This document shows, piece after piece, positions 1-10,154 of a stretch of 64,000 nucleotides of DNA. How positions within the stretch are numbered: the stretch's first letter is position 1; the number at the start of each line of letters is the position of its first letter. Both the position numbers and the translations under genes were made by a program. The DNA comes from an uncultured virus (IMG/VR IMGVR_UViG_3300017814_000173) (Duplodnaviria > Heunggongvirae > Uroviricota > Caudoviricetes), in the IMG/VR virus record IMGVR_UViG_3300017814_000173; one strand, written 5' to 3'. The notes beneath the pieces are model-generated. The model worked only from the letters and a program-made list of their open reading frames with translations, had not been told where the DNA came from and searched no databases.

Positions 1-283
1 CTACGTGCCGCTCGGAAGGCCGGGCTGTATCAGATTCCGGTTGTGCGCAAGGAGTTTGCGGATAAAGAGGAGGCGCTGCAGTACGCCATTGGTTGTCAGC
101 GCAACCGGCGGAATCTGAAGGATTCGGAACTCTTTCGTTGCGTCGAAATTTTGTATCGCAAGAAACCGCAGGGCGGCTGGCGCGGCAATAAGCATACGGG
201 AGGTATTCCTGTCACAAACCATGCGATTTTGGGTTCCTCCTCGCAGGAAACGGCTAGTCTTTTGGGAATTTCTCCACGCAAAG
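1..283 (+). CDS. Partial ParB/Spo0J-like protein (cut by window start and assembly gap)
   Basis: Frame 1 reads LRAARKAGLYQIPVVRKEFADKEEALQYAIGCQRNRRNL...ETASLLGISPRK, resembling the end of a ParB domain followed by an HTH. Confidence 0.55.
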
Positions 284-583
284 NNNNNNNNNNNNNNNNN
301 NNNNNNNNNNNNNNNNNNNNNNNNNNNNNNNNNNNNNNNNNNNNNNNNNNNNNNNNNNNNNNNNNNNNNNNNNNNNNNNNNNNNNNNNNNNNNNNNNNNN
401 NNNNNNNNNNNNNNNNNNNNNNNNNNNNNNNNNNNNNNNNNNNNNNNNNNNNNNNNNNNNNNNNNNNNNNNNNNNNNNNNNNNNNNNNNNNNNNNNNNNN
501 NNNNNNNNNNNNNNNNNNNNNNNNNNNNNNNNNNNNNNNNNNNNNNNNNNNNNNNNNNNNNNNNNNNNNNNNNNNNNNNNNNN
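284..583. other. Assembly gap (300 N)
   Basis: Run of n. Confidence 1.
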
Positions 584-1580
584 GTAAGCAGGCTTTTCAA
601 TTCATCCTTGTGCTTCGTTTCGAGTTCGTCAAGACAGCCCGTTATTGCACATCTGAAAGAGGCGAAGCTGCTGTAATATTCCGAATACAGGCATTGCCTC
701 CTGATGAATTTCCACAGTCGTTCGATCAAGTTGAGATTGGGAGAATAGCTTGGCAGGAACAGCAGTTCTATGCCCAACGCTCCGGCATAGTCCTGTACCA
801 CATGGCAACGTTGATACCGCGCGTTGTCGAGAATGACTGTTACGGGAATCGAGCGATGCCGTTTGGAAATCTCGAGAAGCAGCTCCTTCACGGTGTCTGC
901 ATTGACGAACGTATCATTCACGACACAGACGAGGCGTTTACTCACGGCGTTCAGTGCGCCCAAAACATTGAGCCGCCGCCGTCCAGCCGGCGTTTTGATG
1001 AAGATTCTGGCAAAGCACCAGAGAAAGCCCAAGCATGGCGCGAGGACAAAATGCGCGGCATCTACGAAATAGACGGCGCGTTTCCCTTCTTTCGCCTCAT
1101 TGAGCCTCGGCTCAAGCTCTTTTTTTTAAAGACCTCCTGCTCTGCCACGTCAGCCTTGCCGGGAATCCCACCCACCTTGCGCACGGACATGCCAAGCTTG
1201 CGGACAAAACTCCATATCTGTGGAATGCTGCGCTCAAGCCCAGTGAGGCTTTTTATTCTCTGGCGAGCCTCCTTCAAAGTTGCAGGCGGTTTCATCGCGA
1301 ACTCTTTCTTGATGGAGATCGCGAATGTATTCAGCTCGCTCGGATGACCTCGATGCAAATTTAGGGTGAGTCTATCGATTCCACCTTCCATGTATTGCTC
1401 CATGTAGGAAAGAAATGTGGGGAGAGATATTCGCAAAATCTTGCATATCCTCCCGTGCTCGATGCCCAGGCTCTTCAAATATACTGCCAAGAGCTTCCGG
1501 CGCATTTGCGGACTGGGATTCATGTCGTGCGCTTCGTATAGCGCATCAATCTCCTCGGCGCTGAAGTCAATATTGATCAT
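584..1580 (-). CDS. IS630 transposase, orfA/orfB joined by a -1 frameshift
   Basis: orfA MINIDF...EVFKKK. Slippery A8G at 1119-1127 (minus strand). The -1 frame reads ELEPRLNEAKEGKRAVYFVDAAHF...ILDNARYQ...LPSYSPNLNLIERLW (DDE_3 motifs). Confidence 0.85.
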
Positions 1581-1653
1581 TGCGCATCTCCTCGGTTTTA
1601 CAGACACCGATAAGATACCACAAAATATTAATATTTCAACCTAATACAGTATA
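584..1653 (-). mobile_element. IS630-family insertion sequence (one end lost in the gap)
   Basis: HTH orfA plus DDE orfB. Probable terminus near ...AATACAGTATA (~1643-1653) ending in TA. The second IR is not visible. Confidence 0.8.
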
Positions 1654-1661
1654 ATTTGCTC

Positions 1662-3431
1662 TCAATAGCGTAAGGGCACGACAGTCGCTCCCAAATTCAT
1701 CAAGGCAGTATCAAAATTGTGTCGAAAACTATGGAACGTCTTCTTCCGGTCGTTGGTGATATGTTCACGTTTGAATTTGGAGAAGAAGACCTGAAGCGTT
1801 CTGATATAACCACTTCTGGGGCGATAAACCATGGTGCTGAATAACTGATTGCGGTTATCGCTAGGCGTGTCATCATTACAGAATCGACGGTTTGAGTTTA
1901 CCACATCGAGGAAGCCCAATTTCAAAAGTACCGGATGAATCGGAATCACGCGACGTGACGGTGCATTCTTGGCACGTTGCGCCGTGGTGTTATCGGCGGT
2001 AATATTGATACAAGGGACCCCATCAGCCAGAACGATGTCTTTTATGAACAACTGGCAAATCTCGTTTTCCCGCATTCCCTGAAATATTGCCAACATGATA
2101 ATCCAAAATCGTTCACGCTCAAGAGTTCCAAAGGGCGTATTCGAAGGATAACGCCCCGGCTTCAAGAGCGTGATAATCTTGATAAGTTCGGCTTTCGTAA
2201 ACGGCTTGCGCTGGTCTTGGTCGGCCTCCGGGTTCTTGAGCATCAGATTGCGTGTCGGGTCATCGGCAATGGTTTTGTTATCCAGACACCAGCGGAAAAA
2301 TCGTCCGAACAAGTCCAAATATTTATTGACGGAAACGATGCCGATTTTTTCCGTGCCGGGGACTTCAAGTTGTTGTCTCAACGTCAAATTTTTCAGGTCA
2401 GGCCGCTTGTTACGGTTCTTGGGAAGGCATTTCAAGACCTTATCCCGAAGTTCCAGCATCCGGTCTCTGGTAATGGTTTTGACATCGGTGTCAGGACCAA
2501 AATATTCCGTCATCACGCCAAGGTATGCTTGGGCTTCCTGAATATAGTGTTCGGTCCAACGATGAGCATTTAATTGTTCATCGCAGAGCTTGTCGATAAG
2601 CGGTTTCAGCGGCGCGGGGGGAAGAGGCTCCGGCTTGGGCGGCAATAACGGAGCGACCGTTTCAGCAATGACCGTTCTCAAGGTTTCAATATCCATGTTG
2701 GGGACAACACGCTCTGCTTGGGCCTCTTTAAAGACGGTCTTCGGCTGTACCATGGAATCGACTGCATCGTCAATTGAGATTTTCTGCACTACGGCCTCGG
2801 CCATACCCTGAGCGTTAAAGCTCTCCGCCGTGCGGGGCAGAAGCGGCGAATCATAGCCGTTGTCATAGTTACCCTGAAGTCTCTGCTTGCCGATTTTAAA
2901 GGCTTCTATCATGCCCTTGGCATAAGTGCGTACCGCCCAAAGATAATTATCGTCAGTCGGCGGTACGTCAATGCCTTTGATTTGGGGAACCACGTTCTCA
3001 TCCTCGCTGACAATCTCCATCTGCGGAGCAAAATAGGCGGCAAGGGTTTTGGTATCGTTAGCGGCAAGACATTGCTGCAAGTGAGCTATCGTCTGGTCAT
3101 AGGTCCACAACAGTTCGCCGGGATTGCTGCGCGGGGAAGTACGAGCGTTTTCCATCAACCCTTCCTCGTGGACGGCAAGAATTTCCTGAATTCTGGCTTT
3201 GATTAACTCCATGATGTACGCACGGTCCACAGCTACCCCCTTGACGTGACGGATTAAGTTACAGGCGTATGGATAGAGTAATTTAGCCACATAGAGAGCG
3301 GTCTGCAAGGATTTCGTCCGCAACGAGACCCGAAGACTGGTATCGTGCCATTGTCCGATTAAGGGTTTCGGTACATGCAGACGAAAATGATACCATTGAC
3401 CCCGGCGGCAAAGATAGCTTTTCCCCGGCAT
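1662..3431 (-). pseudogene. DUF6538-type tyrosine integrase, C-terminally truncated
   Basis: N-terminal YLCRRGQWYHFRLHVP...SLRT, GMRENEI (Arg), HSFRH. Stops 18 aa after HSFRH without the LLGH box or a correctly placed catalytic Tyr. Confidence 0.75.
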
Positions 3432-3446
3432 TGGAACATGCTCCGA

Positions 3447-3468
3447 AAAAAGGTCACAAAAAGGTCAC
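3447..3468. repeat. Tandem 11-bp direct repeat AAAAAGGTCAC x2, candidate integrase arm-binding sites
   Basis: Seen directly, between the integrase start and the tRNA 3' end. Confidence 0.6.
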
Positions 3469-3531
3469 ACCCGACCGTTCTTCGGCACTAAAATGAACCA
3501 TTCTTGAGGGTAGATTTGAGGGATAAAAAAA

Positions 3532-3617
<86 letters not shown>

Positions 3618-3732
3618 ATTGTAAATCGTTGGATAAGATTTACAAGGGTTATAGAATAACCGAATTCTTGCTCATTACAAGCGAAGTCCCAAAAAAAAGC
3701 GCAAAAAGTTAAAAAAAACTGGCGCTAATCGT

Positions 3733-5496
3733 ATGCCGGTATTAGATTACTTCCATAATAATCAAACGAAAGAGAATCTGATGGGAAAAAAACTATGGGT
3801 TTTGTCGAACGGTGCCCCGGCAAATGTTGAAAAGGAGTTGATTGAGAAATTTTCGTTTCCACGTCCGATCGCCGTTTATCTGGCCGCACGTGGTGTAACC
3901 CCGGACAATGTCGAATATTTTCTCAAACCGAGTTTGGCAAAATTGTCCGATCCTTATCGTTTTCCGGGCATTGAAAAAGCGGCGGAACGGCTGTGGGCGG
4001 CAATCCGCAACAAAGAACTGATTCTGATCCATGGCGACTACGATACCGATGGTATCACGGCTACTGCTTTGTTGGCTTATGTATTGCGTAAAAACGGGGC
4101 CGAGGTCTGGTCGTTTATTCCACACCGCTTTGATGATGGATATGGTTTTACTCCGGAATCACTGGATAAAGCCATTGCCGAACTGCCGAGGCAGTGTGGT
4201 GTACTGATTACCGTCGACTGCGGCATTACCAGTATCGACGCGGTTAAATCCGCCAATGCCAAAGGAATTGATGTCATTATTACCGACCATCACGAGCCGG
4301 GGGAAGAATTGCCACAGGCGTTGGCAACCATCAATCCTAAACTTTATTCAGATTTGGAAGATTTGCACTTGCTTTCCGGCGCCGGTACGGCGTTTAAATT
4401 ATCCCACGCATTCGTCAAATACGGACGAGAACAAAACATGGGCGGGTTCACGACCAACCTGCAAGATGTGCTTGACTATGTGGCATTGGGGACAATTGCC
4501 GATATTGTTCCGCTGTTGGGTGAAAATCGAATCATGGTCAAACATGGCATTGAACTGCTGAAAAAACAATTGCGTCCCGGTATTCGGGCGTTGATTGAAA
4601 CCGCCAAAATTCGTACAGGGCTGAAACCTTCCGATATTACGTTTAAGCTGGCGCCGCGGATCAATGCCGCCGGGCGGCTTGGCGATGCGACAACCGCGCT
4701 ACGTCTGCTGGAAGCCGACAACATTGTGGAAGCCTACCGCTATTCCGCCATGCTGGAAGAATATAACTGTCAGCGGCAGGAAAAAGAACAGGAAATCTAT
4801 CTGGAAGCCCATGCGCAGATCGAAGAAAATATTGATATTGCCAATCGGTATTCTATTTTGGTGGCGGGAAAGAACTGGCATCAAGGCGTGATCGGAATTG
4901 TTGCTTCACGTCTGGCCCGCGACTATAACCGGCCGGCCATCGTTCTGACGATCATGGACGGCGAAGCGCACGGGTCCGGCCGCAGTATCGGCAGTTTGAA
5001 TCTAGTGAAAGTGTTGGCGGGGACCTCGTCGCTGCTGACCCGGTTCGGCGGTCATCCGATGGCGGTGGGACTTGGGTTGGAAGAAAAAAATATCGTTCCG
5101 TTCAGCGAAGCGCTGGAGAAAAGCGTCCGCCAAGAATTAACGGCTGACGACTTGAAAGAGACTACGGAATATGACGGTCATGCGGAATTCAGTGAACTGG
5201 ATAACAACTTTTTCAAATATCTGGAAATGCTTCATCCGTTCGGTCACCGCAATTCCAAACCGGTCTATCTATTCAGCGGCGTTCGCGTAGTAAAATGTTC
5301 AGCCATCGGGCAGAAGCATTGCCGTGGTTTGCTGGTCGACAAATATAGTCAGGCCATGGAATTCATCGCCTTTAACAGCGATCCGAACGAAATTCGCAAT
5401 GCCGTGCTGGATATTTTGGCAACTCCGCAGATTAACGATTATTATCCGGACAAGAAACCGCAGTTACAAATTGTCGATTACCGGATGAGCTTCTAG
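3733..5496 (+). CDS. recJ: Single-stranded-DNA-specific exonuclease RecJ (start may be 3781)
   Basis: [36 protein letters not shown] and FGGH motifs. Confidence 0.97.
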   Translation: MPVLDYFHNNQTKENLMGKKLWVLSNGAPANVEKELIEKFSFPRPIAVYLAARGVTPDNVEYFLKPSLAKLSDPYRFPGIEKAAERLWAAIRNKELILIHGDYDTDGITATALLAYVLRKNGAEVWSFIPHRFDDGYGFTPESLDKAIAELPRQCGVLITVDCGITSIDAVKSANAKGIDVIITDHHEPGEELPQALATINPKLYSDLEDLHLLSGAGTAFKLSHAFVKYGREQNMGGFTTNLQDVLDYVALGTIADIVPLLGENRIMVKHGIELLKKQLRPGIRALIETAKIRTGLKPSDITFKLAPRINAAGRLGDATTALRLLEADNIVEAYRYSAMLEEYNCQRQEKEQEIYLEAHAQIEENIDIANRYSILVAGKNWHQGVIGIVASRLARDYNRPAIVLTIMDGEAHGSGRSIGSLNLVKVLAGTSSLLTRFGGHPMAVGLGLEEKNIVPFSEALEKSVRQELTADDLKETTEYDGHAEFSELDNNFFKYLEMLHPFGHRNSKPVYLFSGVRVVKCSAIGQKHCRGLLVDKYSQAMEFIAFNSDPNEIRNAVLDILATPQINDYYPDKKPQLQIVDYRMSF

Positions 5497-5583
5497 GCGT
5501 GGTGAATTTCTGTCGGGGCTTTTTTCGCAGTCCCAACGGTGGAATTTCACACTTCGTTGGTGTAAATTGAGAATGGTGTTTAT

Positions 5584-5666
5584 GCCTGAATGGCGGAATG
5601 GCAGACGCAACGGACTTAAAATCCGTTGGCCGCAAGGTCGTGCGGGTTCGACTCCCGCTTCAGGCA
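5584..5666 (+). tRNA. tRNA-Leu(TAA); CCA not encoded (followed by CTA); probable prophage attachment site
   Basis: GCCTGAA...ACGGA-CTTAAAA-TCCGT anticodon arm, GTTCGACTC T-loop. Confidence 0.95.
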
Positions 5667-5763
5667 CTATCTTCAATATCAAGTACTTATATATCCAAAA
5701 TGCCCGACAAAATGTTAATAATTTGTTGTTTTTGTTACGCCCTGATACGCTATGATATGGTTA

Positions 5764-5785
5764 AATTTGGCTACAATTTGGCTAC
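5764..5785. repeat. Tandem 11-bp direct repeat AATTTGGCTAC x2, candidate arm-type site of the prophage att
   Basis: Seen directly, ~100 bp from the tRNA 3' end. Confidence 0.6.
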
Positions 5786-5810
5786 AAATTTTTGAGGGTG
5801 GCACAATTTT

Positions 5811-6110
5811 TTAGATATCCTCCATGTTAACTGTCTGCCCAGCCAGCGCATGGGTACAATCGGAAAGGTACTGGATCTTACCGTCGCGGATAAACAAATG
5901 GCATCGAGTCGGGCCATGTTCGTTGCCGCTGATGGTTAATACGCTACCCTCCACGGTGGGATGATTGGGATCACCATTCCACGACCAGCGCGGCTCCGGC
6001 CCTGTTACACGGAATCCGTGCGCGGGGTGACGACAGCCGGGACAGATGAAAATATGAGTCAACGCCAGCGGATTATCCGGTTGCGGTGGGAGTTCAATGA
6101 CTTTTGCCAT
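5811..6110 (-). CDS. DUF6527-like Cys/His protein
   Basis: CPGC..H, WSWNGD..PT...S, CHLFIRDGKIQYLSDCTHALAGQTV. Confidence 0.75.
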   Translation of the reverse strand: MAKVIELPPQPDNPLALTHIFICPGCRHPAHGFRVTGPEPRWSWNGDPNHPTVEGSVLTISGNEHGPTRCHLFIRDGKIQYLSDCTHALAGQTVNMEDI

Positions 6111-6363
6111 GGCAAAACCTCCGTAGCAAAGTCCACCCTGCCGTCAGCCACGCCCAGATCATCTCGCCCGCGATAAACAATCCATAGGGAATTGCCAGAA
6201 GCATTCCCGGGATTGCCCAGATCATCGCCATCGGGAACGATTGCAGCCGTTCCCGCAGCGAAACAGGACGGTCGGCCATGCCGCAGGCATAACGGTTAAT
6301 GATCCACGCCGTCAGCAGCCAGAACGGAATACCGAACAGTAACAAATAACCATACCAATGCAT
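6094..6363 (-). CDS. Small membrane protein
   Basis: Two hydrophobic segments; overlaps or abuts its neighbours. Confidence 0.6.
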   Translation of the reverse strand: MHWYGYLLLFGIPFWLLTAWIINRYACGMADRPVSLRERLQSFPMAMIWAIPGMLLAIPYGLFIAGEMIWAWLTAGWTLLRRFCHGKSH

Positions 6364-6364
6364 A

Positions 6365-6991
6365 CTATCGTTCTCCCGTAGGTTTTTGAATGAATTTCAG
6401 AATATTCAGCGGCGAATCGCCCTTGAGCTGATAAATGGTATCGGCAAAAATCCCGTGCGCACAACCGTATCGGATCACGTCGCCCGGCGTCTGCATACTC
6501 GCATTGATATCCATCGGCCAGATCCCGGCCTGCTGATAGAGATAGACGATCAGTTCGGAGCAGAACACCCGGGAGACATCAGGCTGCGTTTTCAGCCATT
6601 TCCGCAGCCATTCCGGATCGCCCAGCCAATCTAGAATTCCGGCTCCGATCGCCTGCGGAATATCGTATTGGGTATTGACCATTTTCCGGCATCCAGACGC
6701 GAATGCCAGCAGATTGAATTGGCTCCGCGCTTCCGGCGACAACGGCAACAGCCAGATTACCCGGTCGAACGGAGTATTCAGAAGCGCATGCAGATCGTCG
6801 CAGGAAACCGCCGGTTCGTGCGCCTCGATCGCCAGCGGCTTCGGTTGCGTTTCGCAAATTGTCGCCACATGAGAAACCGGCGAATGAGTCGTTTCGATAA
6901 TGGCCCGGCAGATTCCGGTATCGCCATGGCATGCCAGCAGGTCGCCGATCATCATCGGCACCTGGTCGATGGAAGTCTGAACGATTTTCAT
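6365..6991 (-). CDS. Permuted papain-like NlpC/P60 amidase/peptidase (YiiX/YaeF, C92-like)
   Basis: GDLL, SHVA (His before Cys), YD, FCSELI, TPGD. Confidence 0.8.
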   Translation of the reverse strand: MKIVQTSIDQVPMMIGDLLACHGDTGICRAIIETTHSPVSHVATICETQPKPLAIEAHEPAVSCDDLHALLNTPFDRVIWLLPLSPEARSQFNLLAFASGCRKMVNTQYDIPQAIGAGILDWLGDPEWLRKWLKTQPDVSRVFCSELIVYLYQQAGIWPMDINASMQTPGDVIRYGCAHGIFADTIYQLKGDSPLNILKFIQKPTGER

Positions 6992-7302
6992 AATTTCATC
7001 TCCCGATGATCGGAGGATGAAACCGCCGTTGCCGCCCGACGGCGCAATCGGGCCAGCGCAAAATCGGAAACGATGGCGGCCGTCAACGCCGCCGCGAATT
7101 GTCCCGGCTGGCTGACCTTGCCATAATCACATCCCCACCAGGCCAGCAACGCTCCGGCAATGCCGATAATGGCCGACCCCGCATAGCGGCGCAGAGGATA
7201 GGTGACAGCGGTATCATCGATCAGCAACCGGACGATTCCGCCGATCGCGCCGCACAGCAATACGACCAGCCAGATCAAATACGGATTAACGATGGTCGGC
7301 AT
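6988..7302 (-). CDS. Putative holin-like membrane protein
   Basis: 104 aa, about three TM segments (GAIGG), basic C-terminus. Confidence 0.55.
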   Translation of the reverse strand: MPTIVNPYLIWLVVLLCGAIGGIVRLLIDDTAVTYPLRRYAGSAIIGIAGALLAWWGCDYGKVSQPGQFAAALTAAIVSDFALARLRRRAATAVSSSDHREMKL

Positions 7303-7483
7303 GTTCCAGTTCTCCGGTTAAGATTTCCATGATTTTTTTCATATAGATTTGCCAGGCTGCTCCCTTGGCGGCTTCGGCATACGGCCGCAAGGCATCATTG
7401 CCGGGCGGCAACGCCGCGTCGATTTCCGCCATTTGATTTTGCAAATCTTTAACCGCGCCCAGAATTAACGCCTGATGGTTCAT
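7286..7483 (-). CDS. Hypothetical protein
   Basis: ATGA-coupled to the upstream gene; MNHQALILG... Confidence 0.55.
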   Translation of the reverse strand: MNHQALILGAVKDLQNQMAEIDAALPPGNDALRPYAEAAKGAAWQIYMKKIMEILTGELEHADHR

Positions 7484-8091
7484 TTTTTCGCATCCTTTGA
7501 ATTCGATTTTGCGGGGGATAAGGCATTCCCGGAAGTGGACGTCATTCCCGGACCAAGCATCAGGCCATTCCGGGAAACCGTTCCCAGCAGATGATAATCG
7601 GTATGTTCCGCAGCGGGAGACGCGATGACCGTTTTCGGGTCCGACGATTTCGGGGAATCGCCGCCAAACAACACTTTCAGTTTCTGCCAACTGGTAGCGG
7701 TCGTATCGGCACTCCGGAACGCGGCCAGCCGGGCGGCGGTTTCAGCGGCGGTTTCGCCCGGGCATCCGGTGTACGCTTCGACATATCCGCTGGCGCTGAA
7801 TCCAAAGATGGACAAAAATTGGCTTAACAATGTGGACTGATTGGCCTTGAGATACATCGGTGGACAACTCTGGCCCTTATTGAATTTTGCGGAACTCTGG
7901 TAAGCGTGGGCGCCGCCGCCGCCCAGAACATTGGGCAACGGCGTACCGGATTCCGAGCCGCCAGCGGTTTCCACTTTGAGGGCTTCCACTTCGCCGCCGG
8001 CGTTGATCGATTTGTCGGTGGTCGGCCAGCTTTTGCAGCCGGCCGCCAATATCAGACCGGGAACCATCAATAAAAACATTTTCATTTTCAT
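7480..8091 (-). CDS. Lipoprotein
   Basis: MKMKMFLLMVPGLILAAG-C lipobox; ATGA overlap with the nuclease gene. Confidence 0.7.
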   Translation of the reverse strand: MKMKMFLLMVPGLILAAGCKSWPTTDKSINAGGEVEALKVETAGGSESGTPLPNVLGGGGAHAYQSSAKFNKGQSCPPMYLKANQSTLLSQFLSIFGFSASGYVEAYTGCPGETAAETAARLAAFRSADTTATSWQKLKVLFGGDSPKSSDPKTVIASPAAEHTDYHLLGTVSRNGLMLGPGMTSTSGNALSPAKSNSKDAKK

Positions 8092-8753
8092 ACGGGCAAC
8101 TCCTTTTCGTTGATGGAAAAAGTCAAACCCGTCTGTTGAAAAATGGCCGCCAGTGCGAGACGATACGGACGCAGATCCACGGCTTCCAGCATGTCCGGCG
8201 CAATCGCCTGACACAAGCCCGGGCGATTATTAAACCGGTACCCGGCCGCCGTGCCGCCGGTCCGATCGATAACGATTTTGAAACACTGTTCCGGAACCAT
8301 GATCAATGACGCCAGTTGCCGGTGCTCGGCATTCTGATAGGCCGGTCCGGCGATGATCACCAGATCCGCCTGTGCCGCCTGACGGCGGCACGACATTTCC
8401 AGAGCCTTCCACAAGCCTCGGTTGAGGTTCGGCGTCTGCGGCATCTGGTTTTCAGCGCAGAACGTAGCGGACATCGCGGCGGCATCATACGCCATATCTT
8501 CCGCCGGACAGCAATGGCCGATATCGTAACCGGATTCGGCGTAATTGCGCCGAACCGCCGCCGGAAACTCCAAGCCGGTCCGGGAACAGCCTTCCCGCAG
8601 ATTGCGCGACGTCAAGCGCCACATCACCCACGCGGGAACGCCGAAGCCCGGCTTGGGTTCGGAAACAAACTCGGGGCAGACATATCGTCCGGCATCGGCT
8701 CCGCAATAAGACGCCAGCACCGGATCGATGATCGATGGATTCGAATCGGCCAT
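8088..8753 (-). CDS. DNA/RNA non-specific endonuclease (NucA/EndoG family)
   Basis: GYDIGH, TF...NQMPQ..NLNRGLWKALE, VPEQCFKI. Confidence 0.9.
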   Translation of the reverse strand: MADSNPSIIDPVLASYCGADAGRYVCPEFVSEPKPGFGVPAWVMWRLTSRNLREGCSRTGLEFPAAVRRNYAESGYDIGHCCPAEDMAYDAAAMSATFCAENQMPQTPNLNRGLWKALEMSCRRQAAQADLVIIAGPAYQNAEHRQLASLIMVPEQCFKIVIDRTGGTAAGYRFNNRPGLCQAIAPDMLEAVDLRPYRLALAAIFQQTGLTFSINEKELPV

Positions 8754-9820
8754 CAGTAACCCAGTTCCTCATTGGTCAACACCGCCAGGGCGAACACGTC
8801 GCCGGAAGCGAGAACCGACTTGGGCAGATAGCAATGGCCGTAGAACCCGTTCGGCGATTTGACGCCCCATTCGCCCCATGAGTTCTGGTCCTGATAATAC
8901 GGCTGTCCGTCGATCCTGTGTTTGCCGTTCAGACGGGTCAGGTGTCCGCCAATTACCTCGCCGGCATCGGCATTCGCGGGAATGATCCCGGTCTTGGCTA
9001 CATCTTCCGATTCCCATGCTTCCCGGATCTGCATCCCGATCAACACATCGTAACCATTGGCAATCGCCTGATCAACAATCAGCGGCGCGGTCGGTCCCGG
9101 CGCAATCCAGTAATATTTTAACAGCTGATTGTCGAGCGCCGCCGTTTTCACGTTATCCGGCGGCATCTGCCAGATCACGTCTTCGGTATCGGTGGACAGC
9201 GGATACGGAAAATCTTCTTCCCGGACCATACCGTATTTGACCATGGCTTTCAGCAGTGCCGGCATGGTGGCGCCTTCTTCGTGTTCGGTGTACCCGCCGT
9301 CCTGCACCTTGGTCATGATCGAGACATAGCGGGCGGAGAAATCCAGCAGATCGCCATGCAGTTTCTGCCGCAACGTTTCATAGGCACCGGCCGCGCCGTT
9401 GCCGTAGCACCAGGGCAAAGCCAATTGATTTTTAGCGTTGAACTTGCTGCTGTCGATTTCATCGGCCACCTTGCCGATCGCGAACCGGGCCGGATTGAGC
9501 ATGAAATCGCGCGGGTCGGCGACATGCGGCCACAGGCCGAACGCATGTTTGCGAACCGGTACGGTAAGATTCGCCACCCAATTGTCATACCAGGCCAGGA
9601 TTTCCGTTTCCGTGTCGCTGGAAATGGTGTTGTTCGCCACCAGCGAATCGCAGATGGCAACCAGCATGCTCCGCACCTTGGTGGCGCCGAACGTGACAAA
9701 AAGCTGTTTCGCCAGCGTTTCCAGCGCCGTTTTTTCATCATCGGTGAGCGTGACGGCGAGACGTTTGCCTTTAGCGGCGAACGTCATAATGAATTTCCGG
9801 ACCAAAGAGTCGTTCAACAT
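8753..9820 (-). CDS. Papain-family (C1A, xylellain-like) cysteine protease with N-terminal extension
   Basis: NQLALPWC, FSARY, KYG..REEDFPY, GGH, QNSWG.WG...G.CYLP. Confidence 0.85.
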   Translation of the reverse strand: MLNDSLVRKFIMTFAAKGKRLAVTLTDDEKTALETLAKQLFVTFGATKVRSMLVAICDSLVANNTISSDTETEILAWYDNWVANLTVPVRKHAFGLWPHVADPRDFMLNPARFAIGKVADEIDSSKFNAKNQLALPWCYGNGAAGAYETLRQKLHGDLLDFSARYVSIMTKVQDGGYTEHEEGATMPALLKAMVKYGMVREEDFPYPLSTDTEDVIWQMPPDNVKTAALDNQLLKYYWIAPGPTAPLIVDQAIANGYDVLIGMQIREAWESEDVAKTGIIPANADAGEVIGGHLTRLNGKHRIDGQPYYQDQNSWGEWGVKSPNGFYGHCYLPKSVLASGDVFALAVLTNEELGY

Positions 9821-9839
9821 GATTTCCTTACTCCTTCGA

Positions 9840-9932
9840 TTAATGGGCGGCCAGCACGACGACGCCGCAGCCGATTGCCACAACGAAACAGCCGATGCCA
9901 AACCAGGTGATGATGTGATTTTTAACGCTCAT
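9840..9932 (-). CDS. 30-aa hydrophobic peptide (not in the ORF track)
   Basis: MSVKNHIITWFGIGCFVVAIGCGVVVLAAH*; fills the gap between neighbours. Confidence 0.4.
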   Translation of the reverse strand: MSVKNHIITWFGIGCFVVAIGCGVVVLAAH

Positions 9933-10140
9933 GATCTTTTTCCTCCTCATGACCAAACCGAATGGTATTTTTGCCGAGCAACATATCGCGGCACTGCTTC
10001 ATACGAGCGCCGCAGACTTTATGAGAAACCTTATCGCGATCCAGGCTGGCGACACGCAAGAGCAACGTGATACAACCGCCGGAAAACGCGATAAGGCCCA
10101 TGACCGCACAGGTGAACAAAGCATCGGGACTGATTTGCAT
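9922..10140 (-). CDS. Small single-TM protein (possible holin accessory)
   Basis: RBS AAGGA; N-terminal hydrophobic helix and charged tail. Confidence 0.5.
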   Translation of the reverse strand: MQISPDALFTCAVMGLIAFSGGCITLLLRVASLDRDKVSHKVCGARMKQCRDMLLGKNTIRFGHEEEKDHER

Positions 10141-10154
10141 GGATAAAATTCCTT

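Noticed and set aside
1..1347. ORFs of 343 and 434 aa spanning the N run
   Set aside because: Artefacts of translating through the gap; they join unrelated sequences.
1662..3431. This integrase as the prophage's own integrase
   Set aside because: It is tied to the other tRNA, separated from the prophage by recJ, and truncated.
5499..5552. Imperfect hairpin after recJ
   Set aside because: Many mismatches and no clear U-tract after the stem; not called as a terminator.
5432..5795. Short ORFs over tRNA-Leu(TAA)
   Set aside because: Explained by the tRNA and att region.
7480..8091. Lipoprotein as an o-spanin
   Set aside because: No adjacent coiled-coil i-spanin and an atypical size; left as a lipoprotein.
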